DNA of 64,000 bases from the human T2T-CHM13v2.0 reference genome, Homo sapiens: assembly GCF_009914755.1 (NCBI RefSeq), contig NC_060928.1; one strand, 5' to 3'. Position numbers and translations under genes: made by a program. This document shows positions 28,578 through 42,479 of this stretch, in pieces (the first letter of the stretch is position 1; every line of letters starts with the position of its first letter). The notes beneath the pieces are model-generated. The model did not search any database. It worked only from the letters and a program-made list of their open reading frames with translations, and was not told the DNA's origin.

Positions 28578-29974
28578 ACACCCTGCAACTATGTCTTCAT
28601 CACTTTCAAAAAGAAAAAAAAAATCTCCTTTAGTCTAAGCACTAATTTAAAGACTTTGTAGGCAGCATAAAAGAGAGAAAACTTTTTTTGCTTATTTCTA
28701 ACTTGTTTATATAACATTTTTAACAGTCACAGTTTGTCTGCTCCAAGATATTTAAGCTTTAGATATTTAACTCCTTTTTTAAGATAAAAAAGTTTGAAAT
28801 GTAATTTTGCTCTTTGGAGTGACTACCATAAGTACTACAATTAAAAAGATTTTTTATATTTTGGAGGCCTTGTGTTTCTCATGGAAACCACTTGATTAGT
28901 GCATATCCAACTTTATTTTAACAGCACATATGGCACATAGATTATCTATCCCAGTTTTCTTGGGAAGTTCTTTGCAAGGAGCAGTAGGAAAGTTGTCAAT
29001 CCCCAAATGGCCAATGGGTTTCATATGTAGCAAATTTGGCTGGCAAAAATACCAACGCAAGTTCAACAATACTGGACCACAAGTGCCTGAGGATATTTTT
29101 TAAAGATTAGTAAATCAGGGGTTTGCTTTTGACCCTGATCTTTATACAGAGTTAACACTTCTTCATCAAACAAAAGTGTCTTTAATTTGAAGAAACTCAT
29201 TTTTACAAATTTTAAAAATTTATTAATCATTTAATGCCTGCTCTCTGCAAAGCACTGATCTGTGCTTTTTGGAATATGCAAAGTCTAGCAAGTGAGATAT
29301 CCTAGTTGGATCTTCTAGTTACTGAGCTAAGCTACATTTAAAAATAACCATAATACAAAGACTGAAATGATGTGATGGAATGCAATACGAATTCTGAAGA
29401 GGGAGAAACCACTTACACTTGGAGAAATAAGGGTTTATGAAGGACAGGGAATTTAATGTGCATCTTGAAGGATGGGTCATGTTTTTAAGATTATCACAGG
29501 TGAAGGGAAGAAAACACCCTAGAAAGAAAAAGCATAACCAGTTTCTAGCTGAGGATGGGAGTTGAAAGGCTGACATCATTACTTGAGATAGGGAAAAAGG
29601 CACCCATATTTTTTTAAAAAGGTGCACCCCTTTAATTACCTTCTCACCTCTCTCATAGTATTACCTGTATCAAAGTCTTACTATTGTTTTAATCATGTAT
29701 TTTATTATGCTTTTTCCTGTATATCGCCATCATACACTTAACAAGCAGCATGACAACATATTACCTTAAAGTTAATGTAAAGACACCTCTTATGTAAACT
29801 ATACTTGGAGAAACACCAGTCTTCCTATATCCTCCCCCAGCCGCATCCCAGGGAACAGAAGCATAGAGCAGTGAATGTACAGAGTACCTAATGAACACAA
29901 AAAGAACCTGAATTTCAGTGGAGCCCTGAGTATGTGAAGGGTGAAATAGAAAATAAAACTGACAGACCTGGGTA

Positions 29975-30200
29975 AGGCCCAATCTGTAGGAGCCTGTAGG
30001 TCAATGCTGCCTGCTATCTGTTTTTGAAAGAAAAAAAAATGTTTATTGGACATAGCCATGCCCATTTGTTCATATACGGTCTGTGACCACTTTTGTGCTA
30101 CAGTAGCAGAGCTAGATAGTTGAGGCAGAGACCATGTGGCCCACAAGCCTAAAATATTTACTATGTGGCCTTTAATTTTAAAAGTTTACCAAAGTCTACC
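29975..30200. mobile_element. MER58A hAT-Charlie MITE
   Basis: tttattgga.catagccatgcccatttgtt...gcagagaccatgtggcccacaagcctaaaatatttacta. Confidence 0.8.
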
Positions 30201-32255
30201 TTAGCTAAAAACGTTTTAGTGTGCAAACATTTTTGTGTAGACAAAATAGATACAGTAATAAATTTAAATGGCAGAGGGGTTTGAGCAGAGCTGTTCTTTT
30301 AGAAGAATCATCAGGTTGCTGTGGCAAGACAAATTAGAGGTGAAAGATGAGGAAGAGCTGAAAGCACTTAAAATTATTTTTTAAACATGTAAAATTTACT
30401 ATTATTGTATTGCTTTTTATTTTGTGCTCAGTGAAATATGAAAACCTGGAAGGATCCAAAAATTGTACATTTAAAAGCAGAATCACAAGAATGACACTGA
30501 GGGTGGGAAGGCAAGGGAATTTCCATGCCTCAGAGAAGTGTGTGTAGTCTGAAGGTCAGCTGTGCCTGGAAAAGCAGCAGAGACTGGGCGGTGGTTGTAC
30601 ATGAGACAGTGGATGGGAAGGTTGAGACAGAAGAGCCCTGGGGGAATCTCACTGTTGGAACAGTGTCCCACAAGGTCATGACAGTAGATAATGAGCCTGC
30701 CACTTCTAAACCAAAGTTTTCAATTCAATCCATAGGGTTTACCCACAAGAAAGAAAGAAATTTGATTTTAGTAACAGATGCCAATGTGAACTAGATAAAT
30801 ACTAAAGGAAACATATTACTAAGCTAAAAGGGTCCCATGGAAACTACAGAGGGGGTCATAAAGGACTTGTGGATGAGACTGGAGTCTAATGCAAGACCCC
30901 ACACCTGACACTGAGAGGACATTTCCTGGAGATGATATGCTGGGAAAATTCCTCAAAAGATGTCTTTCACAAGAAGGGCCCTTGGTTTATGAAGAGTATG
31001 ACTGGGAGAACAAGATTTACTTTCCAAAAATGCTACTTACAAGCTAGTTTTTTGGGATGTCTCAGTTCCATACAGTACAATATCCGTATTGCTTATGCTG
31101 ATCATATTCCCATCTCCTCTCTGTCCAAAAGATTTTGCTCTCATGTTAACCACAATTAGACTAAGAAAAGGCTGAAAATGACTATAATAATTATTTTGAA
31201 ATTATAGTAAACTTTTTGATTGATAATCTAATGAAATAATATAGAGAAATAAAATGCAATGCATGGTCCAACCAACCAGCTGTTGTTTTCGAAATTCTGA
31301 CCTTGAAAATTTGTATTTTAAAGGTGTTCATTAATGATTTCTCGTTTGTGGTACAAATATTAAATATAAACTCAAGGAGCCAAGTAGACCCAAGCATCAA
31401 TATGTAGAGTCTATTGCAGATAAATTCAATGTACCTTGAAGTGAGCAGTTTAAAACTCATTGAATTTCTGATCTTTGAATTAATGCCTTTTTTGCTCATA
31501 CATGATATAGTACGAGAAGAATCATGTGGCAGTCAAAACTATTAGCTAACCAACTTGATATTTTCACCATTCATCATTTCCTTGACACTTCTATCGAAAT
31601 GGTTTTCCACCCTGAATTAACAGTCAAAACAGAGGACTTCACATAGAATTTTAAACTGCATTCATGTTAGATGGTATCATAACACAATACCAAACTCATG
31701 AGATCAAACAAATAATTTATCTTTTCCCTGATGCAGACTTAAGATGTGTATCATCCCTTGTAACTGGTAATATTTTTACACAAGTAACTTGTAGGACATA
31801 AAGTACATTGACATTTTTTATACATAACTCTATGCTGGGATTTAAACTGAAAGCTTGTTCCATCGGGAAACAAGGCAAAAATTGTTTTTAAGTCTTCTTG
31901 CTGTGGCTTAGTAAGAAATTCAACAGTGTAGACAAAAAAATTAACTGTCTAAACTAAATTTCTGAAGAAATATAATAAAATATTTGCAATCACCCCTGTG
32001 CTAAAAGCTGGGAGCTATTCCATTCACAGTTTATGAGGAGGGTGGACCCTGTAATTGTGTCTAATATTTAATATTTAATACTCTTGATCCTAATGATTTG
32101 GGCAAAAGCTTTGGAGTTTTTTTTTTTTTGGTATTTTTTCTCTCCCTTTCTGTCACCCTGTCTTTCTAATTTTGCTGACTTGACACCAGATTTATACACA
32201 TGTATCTCTAAAACATCTGTCTGTGATCACATATATGCAGATTAATCACCTTCCA

Positions 32256-32435
32256 TGGAACAATAGACACTGGTGCCTACTTGAGCGGGAGAGTGGGGAT
32301 TGAAAAACTACCTATTGGGTACTGTGCTCACTACCTGGGTGATCAAATCATTTGGACACCAAACCCCAGCCTCATACGATCTACCCATGAAATAAACCTG
32401 CACACGTACCCACTGAACCTAAAATAAAATATGAA
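32256..32435 (+). mobile_element. L1PA15/16-like 3' end fragment
   Basis: caatagacactgg..cctacttgag...gaaaaactacctattgggtac...aaacctgcac..gtacccactgaacctaaaataaaa. Confidence 0.8.
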
Positions 32436-32728
32436 AGATGAAAACAAAAATCACATCCCATGCATTAGCCTTAGGATGTGCTTCAGAAAAAAACTTCTTT
32501 GCATCCTCTTCAGATTAAACATTTCTTTAGACATCCCTCAACCTGAAGCTCTGTGGTTGGAGCTTCTATGGAAATGAGGTCATCTGATTCTCAAAATTAC
32601 TTTCTGAAAAAGGTATAATATCTTCTAGCTGAGAGAACTGAGTCCCAGAGAATCAAATGACTTGTACAAGAGTTAGAACACTGCAAAGCAGGAATTTCAG
32701 TGCAAATCTCTTGATGGACGCTGCATGT

Positions 32729-32779
32729 AGTTTTGTTTGTTTGTTTTTGTTTTGTTTTGTTTTGTTTTGTTTTGTTTTT
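32729..32779. repeat. (GTTTT)n/(GTTT)n simple repeat
   Basis: Direct observation. Confidence 0.9.
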
Positions 32780-35700
32780 AGGTCTTCCTTGGCCCTTGCT
32801 TTACAGTATCTTCCCAGGCTGGCTGTCACATCACACTGTCAAAGGCACAGCTTCAATCAGGAAGCCCTCTTTACACAGCTCTCTGCTTCTACGATCTACT
32901 CCTTTCTGACCTATTCCCACCCCATTCTTTATGATCACCTTTCCATTAAATTATCCAATTTGAATATTTTCCAACTGTTTCCTGCTGGGAACATGATTGG
33001 AATAGCCCACCCCTGAACAACAATATTCAACACTCTGCTAATTCCCAATCCTACGTCACATTTCTACCATGCTCCTTCTCACCTCCTCTCTCCCCTGCTT
33101 CCACGAAAGTACCTATTCCTTTGTTTCTTGCTCATAAAAAGAAAACAATCTGATGAAAAATACATTCACACTAATATATGCATGATGTAAATATTTAAGG
33201 TATTACCTTTCCTTCCATGCCATCTCTAAACTTACCAACAGTATCTGCATGTATGCTCTCATCACAAATGATATCTAATGGCAGAATGCCAGATACCTGT
33301 TGAAGGTGTCTTAGGGTCAGATATTTTTGCCATGTAGGTTCAAAGGTCTGTAGTTAAGGTGAGGGATTGTTGGCTATGGCTGAATTTCAAAGCTACTTTT
33401 ATAGCACCTAACTCAGTCTCTCCGTACTTTGAGTCTGTTGGGTGATATAAAAGCATCCAGTAGATACAAATTGAGAAGTAATATGTCAATATTAAACAAG
33501 AATAAAAAGGGCATGTTTTGGATGGAAAGCTTCAGGAGGACAGAACTTTCTATGCAGAATTTTTATGTATGATCTCCAAATCTAAGCACATGGGAAATTT
33601 GCTAAATTAAAAAATGCAGTAAGATAATAGAGTCAAATATTTTTCAATAAGCATATTATTTATCATTTTATGTAATTATGCTCTTCCTGTGTAATATAAA
33701 TGATGTCATATGTACATTAATTAGAATCTTAAAAATATAACCTCATAAAAATTTCCTGTGGACTTTTTTTTACTAGACACATTGGAGGATTGAAGACTGA
33801 ATTGTCTGTACATTATCAAATAATAACCCAAATAAAAATATGCTTCCAGACATGTACAGATGGCTGTTTTATAATCACTGAAACTTAAAAAATGATGAAA
33901 TATGGTTGGCCTTTAGGTTTCCTGGATGAAGTCTATTACAGGATGATTTAGCATCTGAGGATCCAGAGGATGTATAACAAGTGTTATCACCAAAATAATG
34001 TTGGATAAAGTCTTCAGCCGAGCAGAAGTAAGAAAGCAGCCTGGGGCCTTGGGAACCTTCTGTCTGGCCTGTGGCACCGTTATCTGCCACAGTATCTAGT
34101 CTGTACAGAAACCTTATTTTAATTTCACTTGGGATCCATATGTTTCTGCCGACCTTTCCTTGCAAAGATGACTTTTTTCCCACATTTAGCTATTTTCTGC
34201 TTTCTAAGCATGTGGATAATTTTTTTTTAATTCTTTGGGTTTTGTTGAAGTGACATTTCACTAGCTAAGACAAACAAAGATTCTACCATAAGGGTAGTGA
34301 TTAAAAGAGTTTGATAGTATCTTAAATGTACACACAATATCATAAAGAATGTCACAGACTGTGTATTCTATATTCTGACACTAGCACCTATGCTCCTAAT
34401 GCCATATTTGTTTAATCCAATAGATTAATCGTCTTTAGCTTCATTCTTATCAAAATGAAGTCAAGTTCATTTTAGTCAATTATTGGGTGTTTTTTAATGT
34501 ACTTATGAAAATATTAGAAAACCATATGGACACATTACTCATTTTTAATCCTTGCAGAAATTGAGTTTTTAGAATTTCATTTAAAATGTGTAATGTTTAT
34601 CAAGAAGGCATGGTTGGAATGTGATTACATATAAGAGAAGGCTTTAACCTCACCAACTGTGTTGAAATATAGCTGGAGAATAAGTGTCAGCAGATGGTCT
34701 GCATGAAGTCAAAGGGCACACTTCTGTCAGTGCAGTTTCAGCACCACCCAGGGATAAAAGTGCCTTAACCAGCTGACATGGGTATTCTGGTTGGTTGGCA
34801 AATACAGCCTCAGAGCGTGCTGGGGGACATCATGCACCATAATTTAATGAGATTGGCCATTAAGGTCATCCCATAACTGTGCTCTGATTGCATTTCTACT
34901 GACCAATTTTAATTTCCCTGGAAACTTTTTTTAACAGGGGAGAGGATGTAAAAACCAGGAGACATCAGTATTTCAGTTTATTTGGCAGTTACACTTCTCA
35001 CTGAAAATTAATAAAAATTTCTCACATGGAGTTATAAAAATAGTTACTCATAACTAAATTATTGTCTCTGTCTTGCTTCCTTAGCTATGCTAATGTTTAG
35101 GCAATTTCTGTAGTTTTCTTTCTTTTTTACCATTCCTCTCCATTTCTTTCTTCTATTTTTTCTCTTTTACTTAGTCCAGGGTAAAACTGAGTCTTCCTCA
35201 TTTCTTACCTTCTAACAAAGGCAACTGTAAAGAGTTATCTTACCTATTCTACAGAGCAATTATTAAAATCAAGTGAAAGAATATAAGTGAAGTATTTTTA
35301 TTAAATGTAATACATACAATTCTACAATTAAAACTAGTACCTAACCAAGAATATTGTAAATAATTAATCCTTTGAATTTATTTATATGACTCCTTGTTCC
35401 ACAGAGGAGTTAAGGCAAGTCAACAAAAGATTATTTCCTAAATGTATCTCTCTCCTTTCTTGCTAGAATTGGCATTGCTTCTCTTAGTCTGTTTAAGACA
35501 AATAGAGAATATAAAGGACAAATGTAACTGCCCTTAGAAGCTGTACTGTTCTTACCCCCCTCTTCCATGTATATAGTGTGTGTGTGTGTGCACACGTGTG
35601 TGTGTGTGAACTCAGAGTCAAATACTCATTCTTCCCCTTACTCTGAGTTAATTTTTCTTCCCGTCTTTCACAAAGCATTCTCATAATAGTATTAATTAAA

Positions 35701-37233
35701 CTTACTTTAGTACTGTAAGTACTTAAATACATTATTTCACTTAATATAACCCTAAAGGCATCATTTTTTTAGTGCTTTCTGTGTGCTTGATCTTATTTTT
35801 CCATTTACCAAGGTAAGAAAACTTAAGCAACATGAACAAAGTTATAAAACTCATAGGTGAAGAAGCTGAACATTGAACCTAAATATGTTTGACTCCATGG
35901 TACTATACTGATTTCTTTTATTGTAAAATTTTTATAATGTAACACGTTTATCATTTTTCTATTCCACCTCTAATGTTTGATTAGAGGAAGAAAATGGATA
36001 AAGCTATTTTCCAGTATTTTACGAGCATCTTCTATCATCTCTTTATTTCAAATAATATGTAATATCAAATAACATGTTTACTGTGACATTTCCTGATTTT
36101 TCACTAAAGACTACATGCTATGAAAGACAGAAATTTAACTCATTCATAACATTTTTCCTCCCCATCTTCCCAGAAGATTTATATTACTAACAATAGCTGC
36201 AAGTCTTTTTTTCATAGACTTTATTTGCCCAGAGAACAATTCTACAATCTCCTGCCTTGGGAATATATATTTGCCCCTAAGTGCTCTGGATGTTAAATAC
36301 AGAAAAGGGTTCTGAGGGTCTCATACTTCAGAATGTAAACTGTCATATTTTCCCCATTTGTATTATTGGAATTGGAATGCCTCCTTATCACACTGTCAAC
36401 CTATCCTCCTGCTTTCAGCCACACCCTGCTTTCTCACCTTCAGAAACACCTAGTACTTTCCATTCATGAGCATTTCCAGAGCTCAGCAATTTTAATTAGC
36501 TTATTGGTAGGTTGTGTTTCAGCTTTCTTAGATCTGAAAAGTCTGTTACCATTCATCCATCTTCTTGGCAGCTTCCCAAATTATCAGTTATTCCCAAAAT
36601 GTACTGGAATGTTAAGTGAGTAATTGAGAAGTGAGGTCGTATACTTTGAATTAGCAAGCCAGATCAACCAATGAAAACACACTTGCCCACAGCATTCTGG
36701 GTGTGTTTGCCCCGTCCAAAGCTATTTAGGGAATGAAAATGTTGGTTGAGAGAGGAAATTGCAGATTATCCCATTTCCATTTGTCTATAATTAAATAACC
36801 TTATGCAAAAATCATTTGTAAGAACTATGCTCCCATCACTCTTATTTCACATGGAATCTTAGCTCGTCTTCTTGCAAGCAATTCCTCTCCCTAAATCATA
36901 TATTCTTCTTGTCAGCATATTCCTCTTGTCAGCATATTCCCAGTACCTGGCATGCTGCCTGACCTGTAATTGGTGTTCAGTAAATGTTTGTGAAATGAAT
37001 GAGTGCTAAGACCTATCCCTCAGTTAGAGGTTTAGTTCAGTTTAGCAAGAAAGATTTGGGGGTTATTGTCATTGTTGTTTTCAAATGGAGCTATGTTGCA
37101 TCGATGTTAGCAGTATAATTATAGAGAACAGGAATGAAAACCTCATAAGAAACTTCCCTGTACTTCCTTGTTCACAAGTATCACAAAATATGAATCTTTC
37201 TTAAGATATTTTACATGATTTTTACTTTAGATG

Positions 37234-37580
37234 GTGTCTCAGTCCATTTGGGCTGCCATAACAGAATACTATAGACTAAGTCGCTTATAAACAACACAAA
37301 TGTGTTTCTTATCATTATGAAGGCTGAGAAGGCCAAGGTCAAGACACCAGCAGATTCAGTGCCTGGTGAGGGCCCACTTCCCGGTTCATAGATGGCTATC
37401 ATCTCATTGTGTCCTCATACAGTAGGAGGAGTGAGGGAGCTCTCTGGGGTCTTTATTATAATGGCACTAATCCAATCTAATCACCCCCCCCCAAAAGTCC
37501 CACCTTTCAAATGCCATCACCTTGGGGGGTTGGGATTTCAACACTGAATTTTAGGTGGACACAACAGTCAGTCTATAGGA
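37234..37580 (-). mobile_element. MaLR LTR (MLT1A-like)
   Basis: tgtctcagtccatttgggctgccataacagaatactatagac...ccaaggtcaagacaccagcagattcagtg. Confidence 0.85.
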
Positions 37581-38666
37581 GATAGAATCTGGAAATTCAA
37601 GACAAGAGGAAAAATATATGTAATGTGTAAATGTTTCACATTTGAATCTTATCCTCAAACTCAGATATTCAAGAATTTCATATTATTTATTTTGTTCTAA
37701 CTAGTGAATTTCTACTGCAGCAGAAAGTCCCTGGACTAATAAAACAATTTCAGTTAATCCTGTGACTCCCCCATTCCCTTTTCTAATATTTACCTACAAT
37801 TATAGGGGCTTCCTCAGTGACCAAGTATGTAGATATGTGGAACCAGTGGAGGGAGAAAAAGTAGAAGCTGGTCTTCAGTGTCATCTGTTCAGTTCAGTTG
37901 GCCACATGCCAACCAGCATTATTCTGAAAGAAGGGAGGGAGTGGAGGATTAATTTAGGAGAAAGGATAGTGGGAAGGAAAAAAGGAATGCAAAGAAAAAC
38001 TTGATTAATATCTCAAAAATATTATCTCACCTTTTTAAATTAGAATCCCATATTCCAGTTTTTATTTTATCACATCCCTACCCAAACCTCTTCCTTGTTT
38101 TTATTCATCTTTCCACAAGCTCTCTGCACCCCATTTCCACTTTCCCCAGGGTCTGATTTCGCTGGCTGAGGCTGTTTGTTTCTGTCTCACAGTTGTCCTG
38201 CTGCCAATAGGGTGGGATGACCAGGCTGGGCCAAGCTATCCGGATAATGTCATTCCTGGCAGGAAGAGAGATTTGCAACAGTAACACACATTGCGGCTTC
38301 CTCACATTCCGGACACTCCCAGGAATCATGAGGGGCCCACTTATACAAATTTGGCTCTCCAGTTCATTCATCTGGCAGCCAAGACCCATGAACTAAATCT
38401 GGTTTCCAGCAACAGCAGTGATAACATCAATATCAAAACTGGTTTGGTGCATTCTACAAATATAAAAATTTGCTTTTTTTTTTGGCTTTGACAAGTACTC
38501 CTGCAAGCAGTGTTTCTGGAAACCACCTCCAATCATTATTTTTACTGAGAAATTAACTTTTTATGAATCATAACAATAATGACAACTGACATACAGTAAG
38601 CACTTTTCTAGGCTTTGGCTAAATATTTTACACACCCTCTTTCTCTAAATTCTCATTACAATATCA

Positions 38667-38979
<313 letters not shown>

Positions 38980-38985
<6 letters not shown>

Positions 38986-38986
38986 G

Positions 38987-39019
<33 letters not shown>

Positions 39020-39099
39020 CGAGAGAGGGAAGGAAGGAAGGAAGGAAGGAAGGAAAGAAAGAAAGAAAGAGGAAGGAAGTAAGGAAGGAAGGAAGAGGA
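38980..39099 (+). repeat. Compound purine microsatellite (GAAA)n/(GA)n/(GGAA)7 derived from the Alu tail
   Basis: About 120 nt almost purely purine; seven consecutive GGAA at 39028-39055. Confidence 0.92.
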
Positions 39100-39445
39100 T
39101 TATAGAGAATAGTTTAGCCACTTGCTTAAGGTCACATGACCTGCAAATATTGAGTCAAGAATTAGTCCAGAATTATGACAGACCTGGAACTCATATATAG
39201 ATGAGGTAAAGGTGTACAGGTGTCTTTTTGATATAATGACTTCTTTTCCTTTGGATAGCTACCCAGCAGTGGGATTGCTGGATGGAATGGTAGATCTATT
39301 TTTAATTCTTTGAGAACTCTCCATACTGTTTTTCACATAGGTCATACAAATTTATATTCTCACCAGCAGTGTATAAGCATTTCCTTTTCACCACATTTGT
39401 GCCAAAATCTTTTTTTTTTTCAGCTTCTTAATAATGACTATTCTT

Positions 39446-39695
39446 GGCCAGGAGCAATGCTTTAATCCCAGCACTTTGGGAGATCGAGGTGGGTGGACTG
39501 CATGAGTCCAAGAGTTCAAGACCAGCCTGGGCAACATGGTGAAACCCCAGCTCTACTGTAGTCCCAGCTACTCGGGGGGGCTGATGCGGGAGGACCTCTT
39601 GAGCTCAGGAGGCGGAGGTTGCAGTGAGTCAGGATCACACCATTGCACTCCAGCCTGGGTGACAGAGCAGAACCCTGTCTCAAAAAAAAAAAAAA
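39446..39695 (+). mobile_element. AluJ-like element with internal deletion of the central A-rich linker
   Basis: Left arm ...cccagctcta joins directly to ctgtagtcccagctac; A14 tail. Confidence 0.85.
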
Positions 39696-39807
39696 GGCCA
39701 TTGTGGTTGGGGTAAGGTGGCATCTTATTGCGGTTTTAATTTGCATTTACCTGATGATTAGTGATGTTGAGCATTTTTTTTACGTTTGTTGGTCGTTTGT
39801 ATATCTT

Positions 39808-39811
<4 letters not shown>

Positions 39812-39856
<45 letters not shown>

Positions 39857-40004
39857 ACTATACTTTAAGTTATAGGGTACATGTGCACAATGTGCAGGTT
39901 TGTTCCATATGTATACATGTGCCATGTTTGTGTGCTGCACCCATTAACTCATCATTTACATTAGGTATACTGTTGGTGGGACTGTAAACTAGTTCAACTA
40001 TTGT
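39812..40004 (-). mobile_element. Short L1PA (PA4/5-like) insertion with 5' inversion and (TA)n tail
   Basis: Antisense 3' end 39853-39968, sense piece 39969-40004; TSD gtat(a/g)tcttcttt at 39799-39811 and 40005-40017. Confidence 0.85.
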
Positions 40005-42399
40005 GTATGTCTTCTTTTGAGAAGTGTCTATTCATGTAATTTGTCCACTTTTTGAGGGGATTACTTGTTTTTTTTCTTCCTGATTGGCTTGAGTTCCTCA
40101 TAGATTCTGGATATTAGTCTTCTTTTGTATGCATAGTTTGCAAAGTTTTCTCCCATTCTGTGGGTTATCTGTTTACTCTAATGATTATTTCTTTTGCTGT
40201 GCAGAAGCGTTTTAGTTTAAGTAGGTCTCATTTGTTTATTTTTGTTTTTGTTGCATTTGCTTTGGGGTCTTAGTCATAAATTCTTTGCCTAGGCCAATGT
40301 TCAAAATAATTTTCCTTGGTTTTCTCCTAAAGTTTTTATGGTTTCAGGTCTTAGATTTAAGTCTTTAATGCCTCTTTAGTTGATTTTGTATATGCAGACC
40401 TGAACTCTTAACCACATCATATTGGCCAACTGAATTGATACAGAATTTGTAAAATAATCTGTAACCTAAAAGATAATACCAGCAAAATCAATGTACTATG
40501 AAAAAGAGAAAATTAGATTTGTATCAGTTGTTCTGGTTTAAAAAAATGTTTATTTCTCAATTAAAATACTAGCATAGATTTGTAAATAACACCAAAATAT
40601 ATCCTAAAGATTTATACTACCACAATGATGAAACTAGTAACCAGAAAACCAAAAACAAAACAAAATAAACAAAAAAAAACCTATTCCAATTATATTTCCA
40701 CCTTTACTCCTTTTTATAATTTTCTTCTCTTGGTACTTGGGGAAAAATACTATGGATATGTTCTTACTGTCAGTTAAATTTTAAAAATAATAAAATAACC
40801 GTTCAATGTGCATTTTTTTATCCTCACGCTATGAAAAGAAAGCCTGAGGTAGCTGAACCACCACTAAGCCAGGAATTAGAAACTACATTTAGTGAAAACT
40901 CAACCACTAACTGACTATGAAAACTTAGTAGACACATTGCTTAATCTGTCATAACTAAAAAAACATTCTGCAAAATAAGAGGGCTGGACTGAACAAGTTT
41001 GCAGGTTCCTTCCAGCCTGAAAATTCTATTAGTTCAATTATGTGGCTCAAATTACCAACATCCCTTTTCTGAACTAACAGGCACAGAGGGAGTTCTTAAA
41101 GAAGAAAAACATACCAGGAAATTAAAAATAATTAAGACTATCATTAGAGATTAAGTCCAAAGTTCTACATTTCTAAAAGATAAGTAATTCTACTCTCTCA
41201 ACTGTTGATGTCCTATAAATTCAGTTGAAATGACCCAATAATAGAATTTTTATATAATCAGGGGACATTTATCTTAAGTATCCCTCCACCTCCTTTATAG
41301 TACTGTCTTATTTATTCTCATATTGAACATAATTTACTCCAAAAGTTTTCTCTGACATCCTCTGGAAAAAGATAAATAAATGTATCCCTTATGCACCCTA
41401 ATACTCTGTGCATTTCCTGATACAGATTTTTAATGATTTATTGTAGTATGAATTGACTCTTCTTCCAATAATATCATAAACTCCATCTGAGAATCTCTCT
41501 TTTTCTCACCAACATTTACAACAGTTCCTGGCACACGGTAATTGTTCAATAAATGTTGACTAAACTTTTCCGTAGTGTAATTTCCTTATTTTACAGTTGA
41601 GAAACTGGGGCTCCGGGACATGAATGCTAAATTCCCAGTAAAGAGCTCTTTCCAACACACACCACTGCCTCTGAAACTTTGAAGTATGTATTATATATTT
41701 TCAGAGTAAGTTTAAGTAGAAATAAGCATGATAATAATCATAAGATGCAAATATAAGACATATGTGGAGTTTAAAAATCTTGCTCTAAAAAAATACAAGC
41801 AGAAAAGTTTTTGAATTGCTAGCTGTGATATATAGATATAATCAAAGAAATTGGTGACAATTACTCAGCTTTTAAATTAGGTCATAACCATAACCGCTTA
41901 ACATAACATAGATGTTTACCTCCAGGCCATGGCAACAAGATGAGAAAAAACTCAGAATTATTGGACTTAGAAGGAAAGAGGAAGTTGGAAACTTTTAATA
42001 TCTAGTTAATAGATGGAAAGCAATAATTTGTAAGCACACACACACACACACAACACCACACCACATATACACATATACACAACGCTTTAAAAAATATTCA
42101 CAGGTATACATGTGCATTATACAAAAATATTCTGCCTAGATAAACTCTATAAAGTTATAAAAGATTAGATGAGTCATCAGTATAGGTCTACTATGAATCA
42201 AACACTATACACATGATTTTATTCCTAAATCTGACTCTGACTCATTGAATCATTTTGAGTACTTAAGTTCCCAGAGTCCTCCACAGACAAAGTATAAGAA
42301 GACAGTGCCCATTTACTGATATGGAGCCATCATCAGCCCACCTCCAAAACTGAAGGGAGAAGAAACCTGGAGTGGAGGATAAGGAAGATAAGATAGATA

Positions 42400-42479
42400 T
42401 TAGGTTGGTACAAAAGAAATCCCGGGTTTTGCCATTACTTTCCATGGCAAAAACCGTGATTACTTTTGCACCAACTTAA
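42400..42479. mobile_element. MADE1 (Hsmar1-derived 80-bp MITE)
   Basis: ttaggttggtacaaaag...ttttgccattactttccatggcaaaaacc...cttttgcaccaacttaa; 80-bp imperfect palindrome. Confidence 0.93.

Larger units (their letters stand above)
39209..40395 (-). mobile_element. L1PB/L1MA-like fragment with nested Alu and L1PA
   Basis: tgtacaggtgtctttttgatataatgacttcttttcctttgg; gatgattagtgatgttgagcattttt; gagaagtgtctattcatg. Confidence 0.85.

Noticed and set aside
33875-34183. 102-aa minus-strand ORF with a possible acceptor (tttctgtacag)
   Set aside because: No recognisable homology, non-ATG start and weak donor; a non-coding upstream exon cannot be excluded without transcript data
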